Positions 53,559 to 62,739 of a DNA stretch of 64,000 nucleotides are shown here, one piece after another. Within the stretch, counting starts at the first letter, position 1; every line of letters starts with the position of its first letter. The DNA is taken from contig CAVSGI010000009.1 in NCBI GenBank assembly GCA_963727445.1, positions 736,001 through 800,000 on the forward strand. The letters are read 5' to 3'. Below the pieces are notes generated by a model. That model had not been told where the DNA came from, did not search any database, and was given only the letters and a program-made list of their open reading frames with translations. The translations under genes were made by a program, and so were the position numbers. The stretch comes from an uncultured delta proteobacterium (GTDB lineage Bacteria; Myxococcota_A; Polyangia; Polyangiales; B10-G4).

Positions 53559-54752
53559 TCAGCGCAGGATCTGTGAATTGACGACGTTCGCCGGGCCGTC
53601 TGCGATCACGTAGAAGCCCGGCAGGTCGGGCGTCTCGAACGTGCCTCTCGGATTTCTGCGCGTGATCGAGTCGGTGATGTTGATCGAGCCGCTCATGTCG
53701 TTGCTGACGAAGAAGACGGCGCTGCCACCTTCGTTCGCGACGTTGTCCTCGATGAGCGTGCTGGTGATGTTGAGCACGATCTCGTTGCCGTCGTTGTAGA
53801 TCGCGCCGCCGTTGCCGCCTTCGCCGGAGTTCGCGCCGTGGCCGACGGCGTGGTTGCCTGCGAACCACGAGTTGATGATGTTCCAGGAGACACCGATGCT
53901 GCTCAGCGCGCCTCCGTTCGCGCAGTGGTTTCCCATGGAGGTCGAGCCGAAGGTGCTGCCCACGACCCAGGTGGGCCGCGCAGGCCCAGCGCCGGGATCG
54001 ATGAGGTAGTCGAGCTTTCGGATCGCGCCGCCGCCGAGGTCCGAATCGAGGTCGTCGCAGACGTTGTTGAAGAAGATGCAATTGACGACCTTGAGCCTGC
54101 CGCCCTGCGCGTAGATGGCGCCTCCGCCACCACTGTCAGCGTCGCCCTCGGGGGTGCCCAGCGAGCTCCCGTCCACGAAGGAGAGGTTCTGCACGACGAG
54201 CTCCGTGCCCGGGTTGGTGTTGCAGTCGCCCGGTCCCGAGGGATAGCCGCCATGTGAATCGTCGCACGTGGCCATGTAGAGGATGCGGCTCGTGCCGCCG
54301 CCGCTCAGCGTGACCTTGCCGCCGCCGTCGATGACCACCCGGTCGACGTCGTTGTACACGATGGCCGGCGATGAAAGGACGATGGTCGCTGGGTCGGACC
54401 CGCAATCGAAGGTGATCACGCCGCCTTGTCGGACCGCGGCGATGAAGTCGTCCGCCGTACAACTCTCCGGCGTTCCCGTGCCGATGACGGAGGTGGGCGA
54501 GGAGGTGTCCTCGGCCTGTCCTTCGGGGGGAACCGACGCGTGACCATCGGCCCACCCCGCCTCACCCGCGCCCGAGGTGCCGCCATCGCTGCCCGAGCTG
54601 CCATCGCTGGCCGAGCTGCTATCGCTGCCCGAGCTGCCATCGTCGCCGGGGCTGCCGTCGGCTGGCGTGCCGCTGCCGTCGTCTCCGCATGCGGCGAAGA
54701 AGACCACCAGCAGTATCGAGGTTGCGCGGCGTGCGATCGTCGAAGCGTGCAT
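53559..54752 (-). CDS. Lipoprotein with Ser/Gly/Asp linker and GGAI (Pmp-like beta-helix) repeats
   Basis: Lipobox FAAC-GDDG; GGVITFDCG, IDGGGKVTLSGGG, repeated GGAIY with FxxN. Confidence 0.85.
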   Translation of the reverse strand: MHASTIARRATSILLVVFFAACGDDGSGTPADGSPGDDGSSGSDSSSASDGSSGSDGGTSGAGEAGWADGHASVPPEGQAEDTSSPTSVIGTGTPESCTADDFIAAVRQGGVITFDCGSDPATIVLSSPAIVYNDVDRVVIDGGGKVTLSGGGTSRILYMATCDDSHGGYPSGPGDCNTNPGTELVVQNLSFVDGSSLGTPEGDADSGGGGAIYAQGGRLKVVNCIFFNNVCDDLDSDLGGGAIRKLDYLIDPGAGPARPTWVVGSTFGSTSMGNHCANGGALSSIGVSWNIINSWFAGNHAVGHGANSGEGGNGGAIYNDGNEIVLNITSTLIEDNVANEGGSAVFFVSNDMSGSINITDSITRRNPRGTFETPDLPGFYVIADGPANVVNSQILR

Positions 54753-54908
54753 CCTCAGAGACTACAGCTTCCTGGCGAGACTCCCTACGCGAGATGGAGG
54801 TCGCGGCCTCGGTCGAGCCTCGAATCCCGCGACGCCGGCCGCGTCCCCGACCCATTCGCGAGCCTGGGGGAGCTTGACGTTCTGCCCCTTGGGCTCAAGT
54901 CTCTGGGT

Positions 54909-55988
54909 GTGCGAAAGCTGCCCATCGCCGAGAGCAGGAGCGCCGTGCACGAAGCGCTTCCCCCCGCGCCGGAAGGCTTCGCGGAGGGTGGCCTCCCGGC
55001 GCTCGTCGATCGCCAGGGGCGCGCCTACGACTACCTGCGTCTATCGGTGACCGACCGCTGCGACCTCGCATGCGTCTACTGCATGCCCCCGAGCGGTGAG
55101 GACGACCATGCGCTCCGCCCCGAGCTGACCACCTTCGAGGAGATCGTTCGCCTGGTCAGTGTCTTCAGCCGGATGGGCGTCCGCCGGCTTCGCTTCACCG
55201 GGGGCGAGCCCCTGGTGCGCAAGGACTTCCTCCGCCTGGTCGAGCTGGTGCACCGGCGCGAGCCAGACCTCGGGCTGGTGATGACAAGCAACGCGACCCG
55301 GCTCTCGGAGCTGGCGCGTCCCCTTCGGGAGGCCGGGCTCGGCGGGGTCAACATCTCCATCGACAGCCTCGACCCGGAGCGCTTCCGCGAGATCACGCGC
55401 GGGGGCGATCTCTCGCGGGTTCTCGCGGGCATCCACGCGGCGCGCGAAGCCGGGCTCGTGGTGAAGCTGAACACGGTTCCCCTCGGCGGCGTGAACGACG
55501 ACGAGCTCGGGCGCATCGTGGACTGGGCCTGGGAGCTCGGCATCACCCCGCGCTTCATCGAGCTGATGCCCCTGGGCGAAGGCGCCACTCTACCCGCGGA
55601 CCGCTTCGTGGGCGCAGAGCGGACGATCGCAGCGCTGGGCGGACGGTTGGCCGAGGGGGAGCGGTGCGGGGTCGACGGGCACGGGCCCGCGCGCTACCTC
55701 GAAGCGCAGGACGGCTCGGGCCGCCGCGTCGGCTTCATCACCGCCATCTCCGACGAGTTCTGCGCTTCCTGCAATCGGGTGCGCGTCACGGCGCGCGGCG
55801 ACATCCGCGCCTGCCTCGCCTCACGTCGCGCGATCTCCCTGCGCGACCTGATGCGTGAGGGCGCGACGGACGAAGAGCTCGCCTGGGGCATCCACTGGTC
55901 GATCACCGGCAAGGCCGCCGGGCACTACTTCCTCGACGAGTCGGTGAGGGAGCATGAGGCGGTCGGCATGAGCCTGATCGGCGGTTGA
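54909..55988 (+). CDS. moaA: GTP 3',8-cyclase (molybdenum cofactor biosynthesis)
   Basis: YLRLSVTDRCDLACVYC, RFTGGEPL, RFIELMP, FCASCNRVR...C, C-terminal MSLIGG; GTG start inferred. Confidence 0.95.
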   Translation: MRKLPIAESRSAVHEALPPAPEGFAEGGLPALVDRQGRAYDYLRLSVTDRCDLACVYCMPPSGEDDHALRPELTTFEEIVRLVSVFSRMGVRRLRFTGGEPLVRKDFLRLVELVHRREPDLGLVMTSNATRLSELARPLREAGLGGVNISIDSLDPERFREITRGGDLSRVLAGIHAAREAGLVVKLNTVPLGGVNDDELGRIVDWAWELGITPRFIELMPLGEGATLPADRFVGAERTIAALGGRLAEGERCGVDGHGPARYLEAQDGSGRRVGFITAISDEFCASCNRVRVTARGDIRACLASRRAISLRDLMREGATDEELAWGIHWSITGKAAGHYFLDESVREHEAVGMSLIGG

Positions 55989-56473
55989 GCGTCCGCTTCG
56001 GGCCCGAGGGCGGCTTACGTCCTCGGCGCCTCCCTGCGAAATACCTCTGGTATTCCTCGGTCGGCGCCTGCGGGCGCGCTCGCCCTCGGACCCGAATCGA
56101 ACGCTCAACGTGATCGAGGGGTCCGCTTCGGGCCCGAGGGCGGCTTACGTCCTCGGCACCTCTCTGCGAAATACCTCTGGTATTCCTCGGTCGGCGCCTG
56201 CGGGCGCGCTCGCCCTCGGACCCGAATCGAACGCTCAACGTGATCGAGGGGTCCGCTTCGGGCCCGAGGGCGGCTTACGTCCTCGGCGCCTCCCTGCGAA
56301 ATACCTCTGGTATTCCTCGGTCGGCGCCTGCGGGCGCGCTCGCCCTCGGACCCGAATCGAACGCTCAACGTGATCGAGGGGTCCGCTTCGGGCCCGAGGG
56401 CGGCTTACGTCCTCGGCACCGAATCGAACGCTCAACGTGATCGAGGGGTCCGCTTCGGGCCCGAGGGCGGCTT
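55985..56473. repeat. Tandem array of a 130-bp MITE/REP-like palindromic element (3 full, 1 internally deleted, 1 partial)
   Basis: GTCCGCTTCGGGCCCGAGGGCGG recurs at 55991, 56121, 56251, 56381 and 56448. Copy 1 has 28-bp terminal inverted repeats (25/28 match) and a central AATACC-TCT-GGTATT hairpin. Confidence 0.95.
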
Positions 56474-56490
56474 GGCTTCGTCCTCGACGC

Positions 56491-58188
56491 TCAGCGGTAG
56501 GCGCCGTGGAGGGTGAGCGCGTCGGTGGGGACGAGCGCTTCGGGCATCGCGTAGCTCTGGCGGTCCTCGCCGTTTTCCCAGCGCGTGGCGCCGTCGGGCC
56601 AGGAGGCGACGATCTTCCAGGCGAAGGAGGTCGCCAGCGGGATTGTGATCGGCGCCGCGCTCTCCCATCGGGGGTAGCTCGCCGCGTCGGTGCCGAGCTC
56701 GACGCCGCCGCTGGCGAATCCCCACTCGCCGAGCTCGGTGAGGTCGCCGCGGATGAAGGCGGTCTCGCCGAACGCGGTCTCGACCTCGACCGAGAAGCCG
56801 ACGTTCTGGGTCGGCCAGCCGGCCAGTGAGGTGATGACGCTCTCGACCTCCGCGTAGGGCGCCTCGCCGTCGCCGGCGCTCTGGTCGGCGTAGCGCGAGA
56901 GCACGCGGAGCCACTGGGCGAGGTAACGGCGGCCGGTGCGTCCGCCATCGAGCGCCTGGGTGTCGATGAAGAGCTGGCTCTCGTAGTTGCGCGCCACGCG
57001 GCTCGAGGAGCCGAGCCCGGAGAAGGTCCAGTTCGCCGCGTCGGTGATCACGCGGGGACTCGACACGCCGAGGATGCCGACCTTGTGGTGCATCGCGGTG
57101 AACTCGGTGCGGCGGTTCGTCGCTTCGTAGACGTGCACGCCGGCGGCACGGAGCTCGTCCTCGGTGCCGTCGTTGGCGTAGAGGTGATTTCCGTTGGGGT
57201 CGACGCCATCGGACTGCATGCGGTCGGTGATCACGTAGACAGGCACGCCGGCCCGCGCCTTGTCACCGAGGAGCTCCACCAGAGAGCGATCGCTCCCCGG
57301 CGCGCTCACGTCGCGAAGCGAGAAGACCATCAAGAGGATCGCTTCGTCCTCTTCCGCGATCCATCGAAGGAGCTGCTCGCCGGCGCGGGGCCCGCTCTCG
57401 GCGGGCGTGAAGAGCACGTTCACCGCGGCCGAGTCGTCCCACTCGTTGGCGATGCGGTCACCATGGAGGACGGTCTCGTAGGCGGCGCGGTAGCGGCTCA
57501 CCAGGCGCGGGTCGCGAATCAGGTGGAACGTCTCCTCGTTGAGGATCGCGTTGTCGCCCGGGTTCATGCTGCCGCTGATCACGGCCTCGAAGCCCGGCGC
57601 CTCGAAGAGTCGGGTCTTGAGATGCATCAGCCCCGAGTGATGGATGCCGATCATGTCCGCGGTGACGCGGGTCGACTCGGTGAGGTCGCGAGAGTCGGCG
57701 ACGAGCTCGAAGCCGCGCCCCACCAGGATCTCGTCTGCGGTGTTCCACGTGCGCGCCGGATCGAGCTGGTCCTCGTCCATCAGGATCTGGACGTCGACAC
57801 CCTCATCGTTGGCATCGGCGAGCGCATCGATGATCTGAGGGTTGCGCAGGTTGTAGGCGGCGTAGCGAATGCGGAAGGGGTTGTCCCCTTCCGCGTAGGT
57901 GCCCGGATCCGCGGCGCGCGCGTCCCGGATGCGCTGGATGAGCGTGAGCTCGGTGGTCACCACCGGGTCGTCGGGGGCGAAGAGGGCGGCGAAGCCCTCG
58001 TCCAGAGAGGCCGCTTCGGAGAGGGGCCCGTAGCTGGCCAAATCCTCGCCGTCGGCCTTGCCGTCGACGACCACGGGGGGCCCAGGCTCCGCTTCCTCCG
58101 GGACGAGACCGTCATCCGCGCCCGAACAGGCGGCTAGCCCAGTGGCCAACCCCAGGCAGATCATCAGCAGTTTCCACGAGTACGGCAT
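56491..58188 (-). CDS. Lipoprotein: phospholipase D-superfamily enzyme (two variant HKD motifs) plus C-terminal CBM20-like domain
   Basis: Lipobox LAAC, DGKADG; MHLKTRLFE...SGSMN and MHHKVGILG...DAANWT; C-terminus ETAFGETAFIRGDLTELGEW...YPRW...FAWK...RWENGEDR. Confidence 0.88.
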   Translation of the reverse strand: MPYSWKLLMICLGLATGLAACSGADDGLVPEEAEPGPPVVVDGKADGEDLASYGPLSEAASLDEGFAALFAPDDPVVTTELTLIQRIRDARAADPGTYAEGDNPFRIRYAAYNLRNPQIIDALADANDEGVDVQILMDEDQLDPARTWNTADEILVGRGFELVADSRDLTESTRVTADMIGIHHSGLMHLKTRLFEAPGFEAVISGSMNPGDNAILNEETFHLIRDPRLVSRYRAAYETVLHGDRIANEWDDSAAVNVLFTPAESGPRAGEQLLRWIAEEDEAILLMVFSLRDVSAPGSDRSLVELLGDKARAGVPVYVITDRMQSDGVDPNGNHLYANDGTEDELRAAGVHVYEATNRRTEFTAMHHKVGILGVSSPRVITDAANWTFSGLGSSSRVARNYESQLFIDTQALDGGRTGRRYLAQWLRVLSRYADQSAGDGEAPYAEVESVITSLAGWPTQNVGFSVEVETAFGETAFIRGDLTELGEWGFASGGVELGTDAASYPRWESAAPITIPLATSFAWKIVASWPDGATRWENGEDRQSYAMPEALVPTDALTLHGAYR

Positions 58189-58282
58189 TCTTCGCTCACT
58201 GTGCAGCAACAGACGTGCCCGAAGCGAGCTCACTTGCCCCAGACCTCGCTGGGGCGTACGCCACCCGGCGGAAAAGCTTCCC

Positions 58283-59482
58283 GTGCGCTTCGTTTCCACA
58301 GCCCCGCTCCTCGTGATCCTCGTCGCCTGCTCCACACAGGCCCATGAAACGGACGGTGGGATGGGCTCCGACAGCGCTGTCGACGCGGGTCCGGACGGGC
58401 ACGCCGACGCGCTCACGCCGGATGTCGGCCCCGACGCCGACGCAGGGACGGACGCCGCTGCGCCCGACGGGGGTGATGCCGGGGTGGAGGACGGCTGGGG
58501 CGTTCTCTCCCTGAACCTCCACTGCCTGAAGACCGACCGCACCAGCTTCGCTGACAACGCCGCCCGCTTCGATGCCATCGCCGCCGAGGTAGCCGCGCGC
58601 GGCGTGCGCGTGCTCCTGTTGCAGGAGGTCTGCGACGACGGGACTGAGAACGCCTTCGATCTGCTCTCGAGCGCCCTCGCCGATCGCACCGGCACGCCCT
58701 GGCAGGGCGGGGAGGCCTTCGCACACCTCGCCTGGGTGGGGACGCCGGATGAAGCGGAGGAGAGCGTCGCGATCCTCGCCGACGTGCCGGTCTCCGATCT
58801 GAAGACCCACGAGCACCACGCTCAGGGCGCGCTCCGGCGCGTCGTGCTCTCCGCTGAGCTCGGCGGGGACCTCGGAGGGCTGCGAGTCGCGACCTTCCAC
58901 CTCGATCACGACGACGACGCCGCGCGGCTCGTCCAAGCGCGGGAGCTCGCGACGGCCGCGCTCCTCCACGCGGGGTCGGCGAACGTCCTTCTGGGTGGCG
59001 ATCTGAACGATCGCGAGGGCACGCCGCCGCATGAGGCCCTCGGAGCTCTCGGCTACGTCGACGCCACCGATCCGCTCACGCCCACGCGCATCGATCACAT
59101 CTTCGTTCAGCGAGGGGCATCCGTTCGAGCCATCGGCGCCCAGCTTCTCTTCCGTGCGACGCCGGTGAGCGATCACCCGGGTGTCCTCGTGCGGATCGAA
59201 GCGACCACCCCCGCCCCGGTCGACTTCACCACCATCGACGTGGACGCCGACGTCGGCTTCGGCAACGCCCTGTTCGTGCGCGGCGACCAAGCCCCGCTCT
59301 CCTGGGACGAGGGGCTGCCCGCGATCAACGCTGGTTCCACATCGTGGCGCTTCGCGACGACGGAGCTCACTGGCACCTTCGAGTACAAAGCGCTCTCGAA
59401 CGACACCCTCTGGTCGACCGGCGCCAACTTCGCGGGCACGGCCGGCGCGGCGAACAGCGAGACCGTCAGCGCCTTCGAGTGA
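58283..59482 (+). CDS. Lipoprotein: endonuclease/exonuclease/phosphatase (EEP) domain plus C-terminal CBM20-like domain
   Basis: Lipobox LVAC; LSLNLH, LQEV, FHL, GDLN, RIDHIF, SDH; C-terminus DVGFGNALFVRGDQAPLSWDEG...W...FEYK...WSTGANF. Confidence 0.88.
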   Translation: MRFVSTAPLLVILVACSTQAHETDGGMGSDSAVDAGPDGHADALTPDVGPDADAGTDAAAPDGGDAGVEDGWGVLSLNLHCLKTDRTSFADNAARFDAIAAEVAARGVRVLLLQEVCDDGTENAFDLLSSALADRTGTPWQGGEAFAHLAWVGTPDEAEESVAILADVPVSDLKTHEHHAQGALRRVVLSAELGGDLGGLRVATFHLDHDDDAARLVQARELATAALLHAGSANVLLGGDLNDREGTPPHEALGALGYVDATDPLTPTRIDHIFVQRGASVRAIGAQLLFRATPVSDHPGVLVRIEATTPAPVDFTTIDVDADVGFGNALFVRGDQAPLSWDEGLPAINAGSTSWRFATTELTGTFEYKALSNDTLWSTGANFAGTAGAANSETVSAFE

Positions 59483-62400
59483 AGTCGCGCCGGCGCCGCC
59501 GGAGCAGGGGCACGAGGAGCATCAGCCAGCCCAGGCTCCCGAGGGGCGAGGCGCCGGCAGCACCGCAGCGGCACCCACCGCCGCCGTCGACGATGTAGTC
59601 GACGTCCCCGCCGTCGGCCGTGGCGTCGTCGGCGCTGCCATCACCGCTGGCGTCCTCGCCGCCGTCGCCCGCGTCGCCGCCATCACCACCGTCACCGGCG
59701 TCGCCCGCGTCGAGCGCGCCATCGGGAAGCGTCGCGTCGGTCATGGTGCTTCCATCCATGGTCGACGCATCCGGCAGGCTCCCATCGGGGACGGAGCCGT
59801 CCGGCGCGCTCGCGTCCATCGCGCCGCCGTCTGGCACGCTGGCATCCGCGCCGAGGCACACGCCGCCCTGGCACGTGCCAATCGAGCAAGCGGTCCCGTT
59901 CGGCGCAGGCGGATTCGAGCAGGCCCCGGTGGCGGAGTTGCAGGCGCCCGCCACGTGGCACTCGTCCGAAGCCATGCAGACCACCGCCGACGAGCCGATG
60001 CACACGCCCGACATACACGCGTCAACGGCGGTGCAGGCGTCGCCATCGTTGCAGCTGGTGCCATCGGGTCGGTTGGGCATCGAGCAGGTCCCGGTGCTCG
60101 GGTTGCAGGTGCCGGCGCGGTGGCACTGATCCACCGCCATGCAGGTGACGGGCGAGCCTCCGGTACAGACACCGGCCACGCAGGCATCGACCGTGGTGCA
60201 AGCGTCGCTGTCGTTGCAGCTGGTGCCATCGGCGAGCGGCGGGTCGTCGCAGGTGCCGGTGGCGGGGTCGCAGGTGCCGACGCCGTGACATTGATCGGAG
60301 GCGGTGCAGGTGACGGTGGAGCTGCCGGTGCACACGCCCGCCATGCACGCGTCGCCGGACGTGCAGGCGTCCGCGTCGTCACAGGTGGCGCCGTCGGGGC
60401 GCAGGGGCGTGCTGCAGAGGCCGGTCGAGCTGTTGCAGGTGCCGGCGCGGTGGCACTGATCGATCGCCATGCAGGTGACGGGTGAGCCGCCCACGCAGAC
60501 GCCACCCGAGCAGACGTCCACCGTGGTGCATGCGTCGCCGTCGTTGCAGGCCGCTCCATCGGTGCCAGGCCCCGCGCAGGGGTCGCCGACCACACCCACG
60601 GTGGCGCTCGCCATCAGGACGGGCGCCGCGCCCGGCACGGCCTTGTTGTGATCCCAGAGCTGCCAGATGGTGTCGCCCCAATCGCGGAGCGCACCGAAGA
60701 AGGGATCGGTGCCCGCGATGTACGCAGAGGTCTCGCCCGAGGGCGTGGGGGAGACGAGGCTGGTCGCCGTGCCGTTGATCTCGGCGCGGAGAAACTCGAC
60801 GTACTCGCGGCTGGTCGTCTGGTAGTAGAGGTTGACCTCGATTCCGTCGGCGCCGGCTGGCACGGTCACCGTGACGGCGTCGTATCCGCCGGAGTATTCG
60901 GCGGAGGTGAAGAGGCCGGGCGCGGAGGCGCCGGCGCTCACGGGCTCGGAGAGGCGCGTGGCGGCCTGGGCGATGGCGAAGCCGCGGGGCGGGATGCGGT
61001 TGTCCTTGTTGCGCGCGTCGGCGAGGGCGAAGTGGAAGGTGTGTGACTCGCCCGTCAGGCTGCTCGAGGGCTGGATCTCGTAGACGAGCACCTCGTCGTG
61101 GCGCTGCGACGCGGTGGGCGAGGGGCTCGAGGGGGAGTACGCCGGGTCGAGACCGACCAGGGTGCCCACAATCGACGAGTAGGGGTTGACCTCGTAGCTC
61201 ACGGCGCCGCCGGTGTAGGCGCGGACGTTCACCCACATGCGCCGGCCTTCGGGGTAGCCGGAGGGGAGCTTGTGGCCCGTGTGGTTTCGGATGCGGAAGG
61301 TGACCGTCCCGCTCGCGCTGTCGTGAGCGAGCGTCTCGATCGAAGCGGCGTTCGTGAGGTTGCTGCGCGCGCGGGCGGCGCCGTCGAGGAGGGCGGCAGG
61401 GTCGAGGGCCTCGCCGGCGCTGAGATCCATCGTCAGATTCGCGGGGCGGCCCAGGAGCGAGGCGTTGGTCGCGTCGTAGTTCGACGCCCCGGAGACCGTG
61501 CTCGCCAGGACCCAGGGGATCCAGTAGTTCCCACCGGTGAGATCGTGGAGGGGCTGGCCGCTCTGGGGATGCTCGGTGCTGCCCGTGGGGCGATCGATGG
61601 CGCCCATCTTGTCGCAGCCGACGCCGCTCCGATCGGGCATGTGGCAGTCCTGACAGGTGGCGATCGCGTTGCCCGGTCGCGAGGTCGTGAAGACGCCCGG
61701 AGCGAAGGCGCCCGAGCCCGTGGCCCCGGCCCCGCGGCCGTAGGCCGAGAGGGCGAACTCCGAGAAGGTCCGCTCTACGTGAAAGTACGAGAACGGGGGA
61801 TCGGTTTCGCTGGGGAGAGCTCCGCCGGTGCCCGGCGTCGTGCCGTCGAAGGTCAGGTTGGCGAGGGCGGTGTTCGAGACGTCGTGGCAGGTCTGGCAGA
61901 AGTAGCGGCTCTTGTGATAGCGGCTGTAGAGGATCGAATGGCGTGCGTCCGCATCGGTGAAGGACGCGCGCTTGTCGTTGCTCGCTGCCATGAAGTACTG
62001 GCCCGAGCCGTTCTCGGTCCAGGTGGTCTGCACCGGCTGGAACATGGCGTCGTAGAACGTCGTCCCGTTGAAGAGTCGAACCGTGGCGGCTTCGGTGCGA
62101 TCGGCGGCGCGGGTGGTCAGCGCGGCCGCCGCCGAGGTGGGCGTGCCCAGGCCGGACTCGTCCCAGTAGCCGGTCCAGTCCGTCCCTTCACGCGCGCCGG
62201 CGAAGGTGTCCTCGAAGAACGGATCGTAGGCGCGGTGGCAGCCATCGCAGCTCACGCCGTCGAAGTCGTGCCCCGCCAGCCCCGAGCCGTTGGTCGGGTC
62301 CGAACGCCCGCCGAGCCAGCCGGTGGGCGTGTGACAGCGGATGCACATGTCCGTCGCGTTGGGGCGTCCGAGCGCCCAGATCGAGTCCTGCGCGGCGACG

Positions 62401-62666
62401 GTGAGCGTGGCCCAGAAGAGGGGGTCGCGCGTCGCATGAGACATCATCGAGCCGCGCCAATAGAAGCCCGGGTCGATGTTGCGGTCGAAATTGTCGTGGC
62501 AGTTCAAACAGCGCCGCGGCGATTCGAGGTCGACGGCGTCGGCGGGCTGGGTGCCCGGCTGGCGCACGAGCGCGTCGTCCTCGACCGCGAGCGGCGTCCA
62601 AGCGCTCGCCACCGCGGGCACGAAGACCGCAAAGAACGCCACCCAGACCTCGGCTCTCACCCTCAT
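59466..62666 (-). CDS. Surface multiheme c-type cytochrome (5 CxxCH) with Cys-rich repeat stalk and MYXO-CTERM-like anchor
   Basis: Signal peptide ASA-W; CLNCH, CIRCH, CDGCH, CQTCH, CQDCH; GHKLPSGYPEGRRMW; four CNDGDACT..DxC repeats; C-terminus GGGCRC...GWLMLLVPLLRRRRR. Confidence 0.92.
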   Translation of the reverse strand: MRVRAEVWVAFFAVFVPAVASAWTPLAVEDDALVRQPGTQPADAVDLESPRRCLNCHDNFDRNIDPGFYWRGSMMSHATRDPLFWATLTVAAQDSIWALGRPNATDMCIRCHTPTGWLGGRSDPTNGSGLAGHDFDGVSCDGCHRAYDPFFEDTFAGAREGTDWTGYWDESGLGTPTSAAAALTTRAADRTEAATVRLFNGTTFYDAMFQPVQTTWTENGSGQYFMAASNDKRASFTDADARHSILYSRYHKSRYFCQTCHDVSNTALANLTFDGTTPGTGGALPSETDPPFSYFHVERTFSEFALSAYGRGAGATGSGAFAPGVFTTSRPGNAIATCQDCHMPDRSGVGCDKMGAIDRPTGSTEHPQSGQPLHDLTGGNYWIPWVLASTVSGASNYDATNASLLGRPANLTMDLSAGEALDPAALLDGAARARSNLTNAASIETLAHDSASGTVTFRIRNHTGHKLPSGYPEGRRMWVNVRAYTGGAVSYEVNPYSSIVGTLVGLDPAYSPSSPSPTASQRHDEVLVYEIQPSSSLTGESHTFHFALADARNKDNRIPPRGFAIAQAATRLSEPVSAGASAPGLFTSAEYSGGYDAVTVTVPAGADGIEVNLYYQTTSREYVEFLRAEINGTATSLVSPTPSGETSAYIAGTDPFFGALRDWGDTIWQLWDHNKAVPGAAPVLMASATVGVVGDPCAGPGTDGAACNDGDACTTVDVCSGGVCVGGSPVTCMAIDQCHRAGTCNSSTGLCSTPLRPDGATCDDADACTSGDACMAGVCTGSSTVTCTASDQCHGVGTCDPATGTCDDPPLADGTSCNDSDACTTVDACVAGVCTGGSPVTCMAVDQCHRAGTCNPSTGTCSMPNRPDGTSCNDGDACTAVDACMSGVCIGSSAVVCMASDECHVAGACNSATGACSNPPAPNGTACSIGTCQGGVCLGADASVPDGGAMDASAPDGSVPDGSLPDASTMDGSTMTDATLPDGALDAGDAGDGGDGGDAGDGGEDASGDGSADDATADGGDVDYIVDGGGGCRCGAAGASPLGSLGWLMLLVPLLRRRRRDFTRRR

Positions 62667-62739
62667 CCCCCAAGAGATGTACACACTATCGCCTTCCGCT
62701 CGTGTCGCGCGGAGAAAGGTGCGAGTCGTGACTACATGC

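Noticed and set aside
55985..56473. Possible CRISPR array
   Set aside because: Whole 130-bp units are near-identical with no unique spacers, and there are no cas genes in the window.
56491..58188. PLD-fold protein as an anti-phage nuclease
   Set aside because: It has a lipoprotein signal and carbohydrate-binding-like tail, with no helicase, methylase or other defence genes adjacent.
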